A DNA stretch of 64,000 nucleotides. It comes from a virus. The first letter of the stretch is position 1. Each line of letters begins with the position of its first letter. Under the pieces are notes generated by a model. It was not told the DNA's origin and searched no databases. It was given only the letters and a program-made list of their open reading frames with translations. The position numbers and the translations under genes were made by a program. This document shows, piece by piece, positions 1 through 9,379 of this stretch. The DNA lies in IMG/VR virus record IMGVR_UViG_3300028920_000027, positions 32,001 through 96,000 of that record; one strand, given 5' to 3'.

Positions 1-1390
1 CAGGCTTGTCAAGGTCACGTTGCAGCTCGTCGAGCTTCTTGCTCAACTCGGTTTCACCCTTCGCCAACTCCGCCTTAAGCTTCTTTTCAGCGTCTTTGGC
101 TTCCCTCAGCTTTTCCTGGGCTTCTTCGACCTTCTTGACTTTACCGTCGCTATAATCCTTAACAACCCTCTCGATGACCCCTACCTGGGTGCCCACCGCT
201 TCTGTGATGGGGTTGTTGGGAAGAAGACTCGCGAACTCTGAAACAATGCCCTTGAGGGAATCGTAGACAGCACCCAGGTTCTCGACGAACTTCTTGAAGT
301 CATCGCTCGTTGTGTCAACCAAATCCCCTTCCATGTCGGGAAGATCCGGAACTTCAGGAGACTGCTTGATCTTCTCGACTAAGTCCGCGAGGGCTTTACG
401 CTCATCGTCTTGACCCTTGTCTTCTTGACCCTTGTCTTCTTGACCCTTGTCTTCTTCCCCTAGCGTACCACCTTCATCTGGCTCATCTTCGTCTGACTCA
501 TCAGACTCACCCCCCTCATTGGGCTCATTGTCACTGACTTCATCGGGCTCGAGCTCACTCTTCTCAGTAGGCACGTTTCCGTCGGGATAGAAATCCTCAA
601 CCCACTCCTCGACGGTGTACCCAGTAGGGTCGTCTTCTGGTTCACTCCCCTCGGGCTTCTTGGAATCAAGAATCTCTCGCAACTCGTCAGGCGTGAAGTT
701 GCCGACTCCTGGGATCGTGACCTTACCGACCGTGTCTTCTTCCCCACCCTCATCGGGCTCGTAGGAATCCGCACGGTCGATGGCCGCCTCGATGGCTGCC
801 TCGATGTCGTTGGGGCCCATCTTGTCTTCGATGTCCTGACGAGTGTTCCAGTCGTCCCACGCCTGCCAGTTTTTCTCGGCTTCTTCGATCTCTTGCTCGA
901 CGTGGCGCCGCTGAGCATCGGACAATTCACCCTTGGGCTTCTCTTTCGAGCCGCCCTCTCCCTCCTTGGGCTCGTCCTGCGCGGGCTCGTTGGGAACTGA
1001 AGTTTCCTCTTCGTCCTCAATGGGCTCGTACTTACCCGATTCCTCTTCGAGGGTCTTGGGACTGATGGAAACCACCTTCCCAGTCTCCTTGCTCCGGGCT
1101 GGGATGCGCTCGCCACCGCGAGCCATGAGGTACCGGTAGGTCACCCGCGCCACCGTGCGAGCCTCGATGTAGCGTCGAGCCACCGCGCAGGCGCTGCCCC
1201 CGATTGTCTTGTAGTTCTTGGACAAGTCGGGGTCAGAATCCTTGTCCGGATCGGTATCCTTGTCGGGGTCCACCCGATTACGCCGCCGATCATGGCGCGG
1301 AGGCTTTTGCTTGGGCGCAGGACGCACCAGTCGCTCAGACTCCTCGTCCTCGCGTTCTGGCTTGGTCTTGGTGCTCCAAATGCGACGCAT
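1..1390 (-). CDS. Acidic, low-complexity putative virion/head protein, 3'-partial (>460 aa)
   Basis: Manual translation: open frame from ATG at 1390 (MRRIWSTKTKPERED...) runs off the window edge, so it is absent from the ORF track. E/D-rich, contains AVARRYIEARTVARVTYRY, and follows the portal gene. Confidence 0.7.
   Translation of the reverse strand, partial: MRRIWSTKTKPEREDEESERLVRPAPKQKPPRHDRRRNRVDPDKDTDPDKDSDPDLSKNYKTIGGSACAVARRYIEARTVARVTYRYLMARGGERIPARSKETGKVVSISPKTLEEESGKYEPIEDEEETSVPNEPAQDEPKEGEGGSKEKPKGELSDAQRRHVEQEIEEAEKNWQAWDDWNTRQDIEDKMGPNDIEAAIEAAIDRADSYEPDEGGEEDTVGKVTIPGVGNFTPDELREILDSKKPEGSEPEDDPTGYTVEEWVEDFYPDGNVPTEKSELEPDEVSDNEPNEGGESDESDEDEPDEGGTLGEEDKGQEDKGQEDKGQDDERKALADLVEKIKQSPEVPDLPDMEGDLVDTTSDDFKKFVENLGAVYDSLKGIVSEFASLLPNNPITEAVGTQVGVIERVVKDYSDGKVKKVEEAQEKLREAKDAEKKLKAELAKGETELSKKLDELQRDLDKP
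408..452. repeat. 15-bp tandem repeat x3 (encodes EDKGQ x3)
   Basis: tcttgacccttgtct repeated at 408, 423 and 438. Confidence 0.9.
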
Positions 1391-1418
1391 ACGCTAGAGC
1401 GAACGCATAAGCTCAGTT

Positions 1419-3251
1419 TCAGAAGCGGCCGCCACCTTCGTCGTCCGAAGTGGGAGCCATCTTCAATTTGAGGTACTCCGCGATCCTCTCGACCAAATCG
1501 GTCTTCTCGGCCAGTGTCCTGCCCACCTCACTGTAGACAGAACGCATCACCTCGTTGAAAGTCGCGTCGTTGACTGTGAACATGTCGGCTTCGAGCTTCC
1601 TGCGCGTGTCCTCTGGATCGATGTTCAACAGCTCCAGGAGCAAATCGATGCTGATCGAGCCCTTCTGGTACAAATTGAACAGCTGGTCATAAGTGTCCTG
1701 GCTGTCCCGCAGCGGAAGGCGCGTGAAGCTCAGACGAGGGAATAGCACGACCTCCTGGCCCCACTCATCCAGCTCGACGAAACCCATGCGGCGGGCTACC
1801 GGCTTGAACAACTGATCCTCAACGAACTCCTGGATGATCTCGCGAAGGTGAAGGTACCGTTGGTTGATCACCTCCAGCTTGAGTCGATCACCACTGTAGA
1901 GGGCCTCACCGCTCATCAATGATTCGGTGACCCCCAGGCCCGAGATCAATCGACGCTCGGTTTGCTCATACTCACCCTGAAGGTCGAGTAGTCGGTCCCG
2001 GGCACCCATCTCTTCCCAACGAATCTCGTAGTTGGCGACGATCGAGTAGTCAGGGTCGACCAGGGCTAGGTCCACCTGTTCGCGCAAGTCCTCGACGTCA
2101 GCATCAGACAAGCCCTCGGCCCACACGATGCGTTTGGGTGTCATAGCGCGCGAGGCAATCGACGTCTGCGCCTGCCGTAGTTTGTCACGGTAGATGAGGG
2201 TCCTCAGACAACGTTGAAGAATGCTGTGCCCAAGCGGGGAATCTGCACTCTTCCGACCTGAAACGATAGCAACGAACGAGCCCTCGTCGGGGTCGGTCCC
2301 CAGCGGAATGAAGCGACCACTTCGGATATGCTCACGAACTTCCTGAGGGATGTCCTCAACCATATCTTGAGCGTCCAAATCACCCATCTCGGCCTTCTGC
2401 ACGAGCGACCGATCCCGCTCACTCGGAATCAACTCGACCTTCACCCGATCACTGAAGTCGAAACTCGTGAGCTTGACGTGATCAATAGGCAAGACCACCA
2501 GACGAGACCACCCCTTGTAGTTCTTCTGGTAGTGCAGGAACTCCTGCTGTTCCTTGTCCGGCTGGGCCACGCGAACGCGGACGGGCCGCTCTACGGGGGT
2601 GCCGTCGTCAAGGATGACCGAAGCCGTCCGAACCTCGGTAGAATACCCCAGGTTCTCGGGGATCGGGACCTCACTATCCTCGGCGAACACCGCCACGGAG
2701 CCGTCCAACCAGTAGTGGTGGACGATCGTAATGAGCCGCTGGAACAGCTTGGTCTGCTTGCACATCCGCTCGAAGCGGTCGAGAATGTAGCGACCGTAGT
2801 CGTGGGGATCCTTGAACCCCTCCGGTGCCAGGCGCGGCTTGGGGGCGGCGAGGCGAGTTTTTGACAACGGCAACTCCGTGTGCAGGTCGATAGCCTGCCC
2901 CACCAGCTCGTCGTTGTTGTAGAAGTGCCGGAAGATCTCGCGCTGTTCACGCAAGCTCTGAGGCAGCTCCAGAAAGTCCTTCGAGAGCTGAACACTGAAG
3001 AAGTCCTGGGTTGCTGATCCAATGGTGTTGCTGCCGAAGGATCCCCCACCATAACCCATCCCGAGGCCAAGCCCCCCCTCGCCAAGGGTCGGGGAACACG
3101 CGGCCTCCCGCATCTGCTGGCGAGCAAGGCGCTCCTTGTATGTCAGATTCGAGTATGAGCCCTGCGAGACGTAGGGTCTCGTGGTCCGCACCATGACGTT
3201 ACTTGGCGGAGTCCACTGAGGGGAAACGTTGCTGTGCCGGCGCCTAGGCAT
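1419..3251 (-). CDS. Putative portal protein (610 aa)
   Basis: Size, position downstream of TerL in the head operon and a helical C-terminal half; no diagnostic catalytic motif. Confidence 0.6.
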   Translation of the reverse strand: MPRRRHSNVSPQWTPPSNVMVRTTRPYVSQGSYSNLTYKERLARQQMREAACSPTLGEGGLGLGMGYGGGSFGSNTIGSATQDFFSVQLSKDFLELPQSLREQREIFRHFYNNDELVGQAIDLHTELPLSKTRLAAPKPRLAPEGFKDPHDYGRYILDRFERMCKQTKLFQRLITIVHHYWLDGSVAVFAEDSEVPIPENLGYSTEVRTASVILDDGTPVERPVRVRVAQPDKEQQEFLHYQKNYKGWSRLVVLPIDHVKLTSFDFSDRVKVELIPSERDRSLVQKAEMGDLDAQDMVEDIPQEVREHIRSGRFIPLGTDPDEGSFVAIVSGRKSADSPLGHSILQRCLRTLIYRDKLRQAQTSIASRAMTPKRIVWAEGLSDADVEDLREQVDLALVDPDYSIVANYEIRWEEMGARDRLLDLQGEYEQTERRLISGLGVTESLMSGEALYSGDRLKLEVINQRYLHLREIIQEFVEDQLFKPVARRMGFVELDEWGQEVVLFPRLSFTRLPLRDSQDTYDQLFNLYQKGSISIDLLLELLNIDPEDTRRKLEADMFTVNDATFNEVMRSVYSEVGRTLAEKTDLVERIAEYLKLKMAPTSDDEGGGRF

Positions 3252-3711
3252 TCACCACCTCCCCGTACACTTCGTCAAAGTCATCACCCTCCGACCCTTG
3301 AAGGCTGAGTGTTGTCTGGGCCTTCCGCTCCATCTCACGCTGCTGAAGCTGTTGTCGAAGCTGCTCGTCCTGTTGCTCACGTTCGAGACGAGCTGCTTTG
3401 GAACTAATAAGCGCGCGGTCCGCAGCGGTCATGCGGCGGAAGCCGTTACCCAGAGCGCCCGCGAGACGTAGGTGTTGATTGGCAAATGCAACGAGAGCCT
3501 GCCCGTCCTCATCCCCGCGCAAGTTCCGCCGCACGTAGGCGCGAAGGGCATCACTCTTCTCGACCAGTTTGGCCAGGCCAGATTCCAACTCACCTCGAAG
3601 CTGCCTGATCTCTTCGATCATGGTGTTGGCAGCGGACGCACGTCGCCTGCGCAATTCGTCTTCGTGGCGCCGAACCGCCTCAATGTGTTGCAGCTCGTCC
3701 TGACCTGGCAT
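3244..3711 (-). CDS. Hypothetical coiled-coil protein (155 aa)
   Basis: Overlaps the portal start, co-oriented, heptad-like composition. Confidence 0.7.
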   Translation of the reverse strand: MPGQDELQHIEAVRRHEDELRRRRASAANTMIEEIRQLRGELESGLAKLVEKSDALRAYVRRNLRGDEDGQALVAFANQHLRLAGALGNGFRRMTAADRALISSKAARLEREQQDEQLRQQLQQREMERKAQTTLSLQGSEGDDFDEVYGEVVNA

Positions 3712-3714
3712 GGA

Positions 3715-4230
3715 TCACATCGCTGTCTGTATCCCGAGAAACAAGGAGTTTGTCGATTTCGGGACCTGGGCCACATAACCGGCCACCTGCGCAGGGGCCT
3801 CAGAATCGCCGCTGAGCGTCAGTTCGTCTTCAGGGGTCCACAGGCCCCGAAGACTCAAGAAAAGCTCCTGGTTGGGCGTGTAGACGAGCGGGACGAGAGG
3901 CCCAGCGAGACGTGAGGCATAGGTGTACTGCTCGTAGCTCGTGGTTCCCATAAGCGCGGCCCCAAACAACATCGTCGCGAACTGGTAATGGAGTTGATTC
4001 CGGGCCATCGCCGCGAAGTCGTCTCCTTCCTCATCGGAGCCCCACACCAGAAAACCAGCGTATCGACCCCGCGAGTAGCTGACGATGAACTCGTCGCTGC
4101 TCGATGCTACCCACTGGACTCCCTGACCACCGGGCCAACCCCCTGTCACCATCGCCTGGTCCACGACTACGGGGAACGAGTCGTCCTTGTACCAAACGAC
4201 GCAATCTCGGCTACGGAAGATCTCGGGCAT
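3715..4230 (-). CDS. Hypothetical beta-rich virion protein, paralog A (171 aa)
   Basis: MPEIFRSRDCVVW... aligns over its full length with the 4230-4748 product. Confidence 0.75.
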   Translation of the reverse strand: MPEIFRSRDCVVWYKDDSFPVVVDQAMVTGGWPGGQGVQWVASSSDEFIVSYSRGRYAGFLVWGSDEEGDDFAAMARNQLHYQFATMLFGAALMGTTSYEQYTYASRLAGPLVPLVYTPNQELFLSLRGLWTPEDELTLSGDSEAPAQVAGYVAQVPKSTNSLFLGIQTAM

Positions 4231-4748
4231 CAGAGCCTCGTTTGAACGGTCAAGAAGTTCTCAGTCAAGGCACTGGGAGCCTGCATAACGGTGCCAATAA
4301 TCTGCGAAGGGGCACGCCCGTCACCGCTCGCGGTCCACTCGTCCTCGTTGGTCCACAGCCCGTTGAGGCTGAAATAGAGAAGATCCCGCACGTTATAGGT
4401 GATCGGCACAAGGGGCCCGCTCTGCCGGCTCGCGTAGGTGTAGGTCTCGAACGTACGCGTGGAGAAAATCCAGCCCCCAAACCCCACAACCCCAAACCGG
4501 TAATGAGGCTGGTTGCGAGTGAGTGCCGTGTACTCATCACTGTCCTCGTCGGAGCCCCAAAGCATGAACCCGTTAGGGGTCCCGTCGGAGAAATCCACGG
4601 ACATCTCGTCGCGACCGTTGTCGAACCACCGCACACAACGACCCCCTACCCACCCTTGAGTTGCCATCCGCTCAGACACGGTAAAAGCGTTGGCATCCCC
4701 CTTCTTGAAGACCACCACGTCCCGAGTGCGGAAGATCTCAGACATCAA
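4230..4748 (-). CDS. Hypothetical beta-rich virion protein, paralog B (172 aa)
   Basis: MSEIFRTRDVVVF...; shares WGSDE, RNQ.HY.F, YTYASR..GPLVP..Y and LSL.GLWT.EDE with paralog A. Confidence 0.75.
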   Translation of the reverse strand: MMSEIFRTRDVVVFKKGDANAFTVSERMATQGWVGGRCVRWFDNGRDEMSVDFSDGTPNGFMLWGSDEDSDEYTALTRNQPHYRFGVVGFGGWIFSTRTFETYTYASRQSGPLVPITYNVRDLLYFSLNGLWTNEDEWTASGDGRAPSQIIGTVMQAPSALTENFLTVQTRL

Positions 4749-5010
4749 TGGGCTCTCCTTCCCCAGGCTTCGTCATCCGCCGGCCCTTCATGCGCTTCCC
4801 CCATGCTTTGACCAATCGAGATAGCAAAGAGACATGTCGAGGGTCCCCTGAGACCACCTTTTCCCAATGCCCTCCCAACCGACGGAAGACTCGCCGGATC
4901 ACGAGGTAGTCCCCCTTGAGCAGGGCACACTTCTCGCCGACGCTGTTGTCCACAAACTGTCGGATGGCACGGTTGGCGAACGCGAGGGGTTCGGGCCGAC
5001 GATCCATCAA
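4738..5010 (-). CDS. Hypothetical protein (90 aa)
   Basis: Fills the gap between TerL and paralog B with start/stop overlaps. Confidence 0.6.
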   Translation of the reverse strand: MMDRRPEPLAFANRAIRQFVDNSVGEKCALLKGDYLVIRRVFRRLGGHWEKVVSGDPRHVSLLSRLVKAWGKRMKGRRMTKPGEGEPIDV

Positions 5011-8000
5011 CGCACTCTCCTAAGTCGGCTGGTCACGCGAGAAACGCTGCGGTGTTGGATGGATCGCCGCGTCTGATAGGTCCTAGTGGAGGCACCCGTT
5101 GAAGCATGGGGACGGTAGACTCCGCCGGTCGAAGTGACGGTCTTCTGATTCAGCATGGCTTCGGTACTCAGCCATACCGCGCGCACGAAAGCATCCGCCA
5201 TGTCATCGTGGGCTCCGGCCTTCTGAGGGGCTTCGACCAAGACAATGTTCTTGCTCACTACCCGGCGCTGAAGACTCAAAAGTTCAGCAATGAAGGGGGA
5301 ATGCTTCACGGCGCCGTGCTCCGGAATCGGCCAGTCGTAGAGCACAAGACGCTCGTCGTACATCATCATCTTTGCGTTCTGATAGATCTTCGAGGTCATG
5401 TCGCGGGTGAAGAACTCGCTACGGAACTGCCTCAGCCCTCGCTTAACGAGCGATTGCTCCAAAGGGATGCCGTTCCAACGGTCGAACATCCCCGCGGTGG
5501 TGTGGAACCGTCGGCACAAGGCCACCACCCAATCGCTGATGGCATCGAAGTCGAGACGAGCCTCATCCTCCAACGTCTTGGCGTAGACGATCGGGTACTC
5601 TTCCCCCAAGTGGGGGTTGGTCTTACGCCAATTCTGCCCTGCGTACCAAGCTTCATGGTAGTCGAGCACGATGCGATCATTGTCGACGTGCGTGATGAAA
5701 ACCGACGTACCATCGCCCGCAAGACCGACGTCAATACCCATTTGGTGAGGCATCTTGGGGCGAGCCCGCATGACGGGGCGCCCCGCGGAGACAATGCACG
5801 CCTGGAGATCTTCAGCACGCTCCACCCACCCTTGAGCCTGATCGCTGAACTGGGCCCCATGTTCGGTGACAAACGTGGTCGGATCCGCGTGGTACTTCTG
5901 CTTGTAGTAGCTTGGGGGGACCGTCGGGTTGATTTCCCAAGTCGGCGCCTGAATGGCCAGGAGGTTCTCACTACCCTCACCCCCGTGCATCGCGAGGTCA
6001 AACAGCTCGAAAAACTTGCCACTGCGGCCCAGCGGGCTGGAGATGAGAATGATGCGTGATTCGACGGGGGCCCGCTCCCCTGTCACCTGGTCGACTATTG
6101 GAAGGCCGTTACGAGGGTCCTTGCGCGAGAACGCAGCCGTGGACGGAGTTACCGCGTCATAGATCTCCTTCGCCGAGCTAAGGCCCTTGTCCTTGAAGTG
6201 GGCCACTTCGTCGAGGATGACGACAACGTTACCCGAACCACGAAGGCCCTTGGCAATACATGACTTGAAGGTGACCCTCAACGTTGCCTTACCGTTGAGG
6301 GTCGTGAACTTGCCCGCGTCGGTCCGCAGCGTGGGCCCGAACTTGTCGATGTCGTAGGGCGTGCGGAAGTTGACGTGGCTCAAAGTATTGTTGCCAATGT
6401 AGGGTTGGAAGTAGTCACACTTGGCAACATGTGTCGTCACTTCATTGTAGAGCAAAGACGCCTGGTCCTTGTCGGTCGCGACGCTGATGATCTGGATGCG
6501 GTTGCCGTTCGGCAAACCGTAGTACTCCTGGGGGTTGTGCAAGTTGAGTAGGCGGTAGACTTCGTAGCTGGCGAAGATGCCAGAGAGTGTCGTGTTGTGG
6601 TTGGTGAGGCCGTTTGCCACGAACGATGCACCCTCAGGAACGGTCAAGTCATATACTTGGTGCTCTCCTACAGCCAACTCCGCGACGGGATCGTAGAAAT
6701 AGTCAAGCTCCAGAAGATGTTCGAAATGTGCTCGTTCCTTCGCCGCGACACCAAGCTCTGAAGCTACCGCCAGAGCCTTCTTGAGGCGTGGGTAGGACAG
6801 TTTCTCCTCAGACCCTGGCTTACAGGAGTTTCCAAACGCCTGTCTCAGACGACTACGCCCCCACCCTTTCTCACCACGTGCCGGATTACGCTTGGGCACA
6901 GCTTCCAAGAGATTCCTGACGTGCCTATACTGATGAGGTAGGCTTTCTGTGTCGGACTTGCCCTCCTGAGCCGTCTCCAGAGCCGCCAACAAGGGGGCTT
7001 GCTTCTTCTCTGAATCAAAGCCTATGTGCTTGGCAAACAACTGCCGGGACCGAACACCCTTCAGACTGAGGTTGGCGTAGTGCCGTCGGGTCTTCTTGCT
7101 CCACTTCTTCGCGACGTTGGAGACGATGCCTAGGTTGAGCAGCAAAGTTTGAACGTCAGAGGCCAAGTCGAAGCTCGCCGTTGAGAGCGTAATGTAACAC
7201 CCCCCACCCTCAGCAGAACCGTCTGTTTCGAAGAGGCCTCGAAGAAACGCGCAGACCACTCTCTTAGGGGACCTGAAGATTGCCCAAGGGACTCTCTTAC
7301 CGTAGCGCCCCAGATCGTGGGACCAGCCGAGGTCATGAAGGAACTGACGTGCTCCCACACCGGGGAACTCTAGTCGCCCTGTGTTCTGAGTGCGCTTGTC
7401 CATCTGGACGCGCCAAGACCCAAAAAGGCGCTCAAATAGGGCCTTCAGATAGGACCAGATCTCGTCGTGCTCGACAGTGACAGCAACGCCTTGGGTGTGC
7501 CCCCAAGATCCATCACCCACGAGATACCCCAATAGATTCCCCCAGGACTCGTCGAGGGTATCCGGAAATTGAACGTCTTTGCACCCACGGTCGTTATGGA
7601 AGGGCCGCACATCGAGCGGTTCTGAAGCCCACAAGTCGGTGCCCCGATGCACTGCTAGGAAGTCACCGAGCTGAAGCTCGTCCAGATAACGCCAGGCTAC
7701 GACCCCATCCGAAGTCATGACCTTCACTCGATGGTTGCCTGTACCCGTGATGGCGTACCCAGAAGCGGTCCGTGCCGTCACGGTTGGTTTCACGCCCCCA
7801 TTATAAAAATGAGATGAGCGTGCCTTGACGGTTCCTTCCTGGGCGACACCAACATCAAGTTCGCTGAATTCTTCCTCAGGAGCCCCCCCAAGAGCTTCGA
7901 TAGGGAAAAGACCCTTGTCCGTGAGGATCAGGGTGCCTCCTTCAACGCACTTTCCCGCACGCCTCCCAATGGGTAGAATCAGCTCGCGGCGCGGGTGGTC

Positions 8001-8351
8001 CTGCTCCCCAATATTGCACCGACCCTCATTGTACAAGTAGCGCAGGTACTCGACCTCGGTGAACTCGTAGAGGACCTTGGTGTTGAACATGTCCGTGACC
8101 CGGATGCGGCGATCCGGGTCTTCGGGCAGCTCGCCATCAAGCTCCAGGTAATAGTAGAGCTTGACGATGAACCGTTGCGCGGGGAATAGGCGCATCCCCA
8201 AGCCCCACGGGGACTCAATGTAGTCGAGAATGGTACAGGTCTGAGCGCGGCCATCTTCCTCGACTTGACCCGCTGCCTTCTGCTCTTCCTTGACCTGCTG
8301 ACCAGCTTTTCTGACCAGCTCAGAGAGGTCGGGCCCCCTGGATGCTGCCAA
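5007..8351 (-). CDS. terL: Terminase large subunit with intein
   Basis: Walker A GRRAGK|TT split by an intein, Walker B VVILDEVAH, RuvC-like nuclease GIDVG...D and HDDMADA. Confidence 0.92.
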   Translation of the reverse strand: MAASRGPDLSELVRKAGQQVKEEQKAAGQVEEDGRAQTCTILDYIESPWGLGMRLFPAQRFIVKLYYYLELDGELPEDPDRRIRVTDMFNTKVLYEFTEVEYLRYLYNEGRCNIGEQDHPRRELILPIGRRAGKCVEGGTLILTDKGLFPIEALGGAPEEEFSELDVGVAQEGTVKARSSHFYNGGVKPTVTARTASGYAITGTGNHRVKVMTSDGVVAWRYLDELQLGDFLAVHRGTDLWASEPLDVRPFHNDRGCKDVQFPDTLDESWGNLLGYLVGDGSWGHTQGVAVTVEHDEIWSYLKALFERLFGSWRVQMDKRTQNTGRLEFPGVGARQFLHDLGWSHDLGRYGKRVPWAIFRSPKRVVCAFLRGLFETDGSAEGGGCYITLSTASFDLASDVQTLLLNLGIVSNVAKKWSKKTRRHYANLSLKGVRSRQLFAKHIGFDSEKKQAPLLAALETAQEGKSDTESLPHQYRHVRNLLEAVPKRNPARGEKGWGRSRLRQAFGNSCKPGSEEKLSYPRLKKALAVASELGVAAKERAHFEHLLELDYFYDPVAELAVGEHQVYDLTVPEGASFVANGLTNHNTTLSGIFASYEVYRLLNLHNPQEYYGLPNGNRIQIISVATDKDQASLLYNEVTTHVAKCDYFQPYIGNNTLSHVNFRTPYDIDKFGPTLRTDAGKFTTLNGKATLRVTFKSCIAKGLRGSGNVVVILDEVAHFKDKGLSSAKEIYDAVTPSTAAFSRKDPRNGLPIVDQVTGERAPVESRIILISSPLGRSGKFFELFDLAMHGGEGSENLLAIQAPTWEINPTVPPSYYKQKYHADPTTFVTEHGAQFSDQAQGWVERAEDLQACIVSAGRPVMRARPKMPHQMGIDVGLAGDGTSVFITHVDNDRIVLDYHEAWYAGQNWRKTNPHLGEEYPIVYAKTLEDEARLDFDAISDWVVALCRRFHTTAGMFDRWNGIPLEQSLVKRGLRQFRSEFFTRDMTSKIYQNAKMMMYDERLVLYDWPIPEHGAVKHSPFIAELLSLQRRVVSKNIVLVEAPQKAGAHDDMADAFVRAVWLSTEAMLNQKTVTSTGGVYRPHASTGASTRTYQTRRSIQHRSVSRVTSRLRRVR
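6594..7949 (-). mobile_element. Intein with LAGLIDADG homing endonuclease in TerL (452 aa)
   Basis: Starts CVEGGTLILT, ends NGLTNHN followed by +1 Thr; LAGLIDADG helices LLGYLVGDGS and FLRGLFETDGS. Confidence 0.93.
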
Positions 8352-8354
8352 GGG

Positions 8355-8954
8355 TCACCTCAATTCGTTGGCAGCCTTCTCCTCCCAACCATTGGTGAGA
8401 GTAACCAGCTTGTTGAAGAACACGTCTGCCACCTCAGCCGGCAAAACTATGGCGGCCTCTTGCACCATCGCAATCCAGAGCGCGAAGATCTTCTGCATCT
8501 GCTCACTCTTGAGGTCGATGACACTGGAGGAAAGACGCTTCAGCTCCAGCTCCATATTAGCCACTTCTTTGAGAGCCGTGATGCGGGCCTTGGACACCGC
8601 GGAGGTATCCTTGCCGTACTTGCTCTGCTCGACCCGTTCGAACTCCAGGGCGGCGGCCTCGCGGGCAATCTCCGCTTGGATTCGACGCAAAACCTCGGCG
8701 GCGTCTTTGCGCTGATCCGTAGCGCGAACGACCTCATCATCCTCGACGTGGACGGCCTTCCGCTTGATGGTCTCTGCGTGGTATTCCAAGTCGCTCTTCG
8801 AGGGTTTCGGGTGAACCTTCTTGGGACGTCCTGGCGCGCGCTTGATGTCCGACTTCTCGACCGCGGCCGAGCCAGTCGCAGCATGCAGCGGTACCACGTT
8901 CGCTTGGCGCTCGGCCTTTGCAACACGGTCAACGCGGTCGTTGGAGTCACTCAT
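8355..8954 (-). CDS. Helical protein, possible terminase small subunit (199 aa)
   Basis: Immediately upstream of TerL, with a basic N-terminal patch (RAPGRPKK) and helical body; function inferred from position only. Confidence 0.5.
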   Translation of the reverse strand: MSDSNDRVDRVAKAERQANVVPLHAATGSAAVEKSDIKRAPGRPKKVHPKPSKSDLEYHAETIKRKAVHVEDDEVVRATDQRKDAAEVLRRIQAEIAREAAALEFERVEQSKYGKDTSAVSKARITALKEVANMELELKRLSSSVIDLKSEQMQKIFALWIAMVQEAAIVLPAEVADVFFNKLVTLTNGWEEKAANELR

Positions 8955-9379
8955 GGCTTTGATCCTTGTGGAGGGGTGTCACCACCCCCTTCGGTCCTGA
9001 TCAAATACTGGGACAGGTTTCTCACCGTGGCAAATCCCCTGTCATCTTTGATCCTGACGTCTACCTTCCCTGATTGGTTGTCCCGACCCGTCTCAGCGAA
9101 GTTGCGCACCCCTGCGTTCTCAGGGGTCAATTTGAATACATCCTGTGGTCGGATGTCTCGACGGTCAGCCTTAGCCCCATCTTCTTTTGGCGGTTGCTCC
9201 TTCCCCTCTTGCTTCTGAATCTTGGTCGGCACGTTGAGCAGACGGTTGACGGGAGTCACGTTCTCCCGGACCTTCCGCCGACTCCCAGGTGCCTGGCCCG
9301 CTGCACGGGCAACAAATCGAGCCGCAATATCTGCCCGATAGCGGGCAGCAACTCGAAAAGCGATCGAGCGGTCCGTCAC
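8951..9379 (-). CDS. Hypothetical protein with N-terminal RVAARY motif (142 aa)
   Basis: Operon-coupled (ATGA overlap); MTDRSIAFRVAARYRADIAARF. Confidence 0.7.
   Translation of the reverse strand: MTDRSIAFRVAARYRADIAARFVARAAGQAPGSRRKVRENVTPVNRLLNVPTKIQKQEGKEQPPKEDGAKADRRDIRPQDVFKLTPENAGVRNFAETGRDNQSGKVDVRIKDDRGFATVRNLSQYLIRTEGGGDTPPQGSKP

Noticed and set aside
460-1116. 218-aa basic ORF in the track
   Set aside because: Alternative frame of the longer acidic ORF (1390 to window edge), which has the upstream motif and a protein-like composition.
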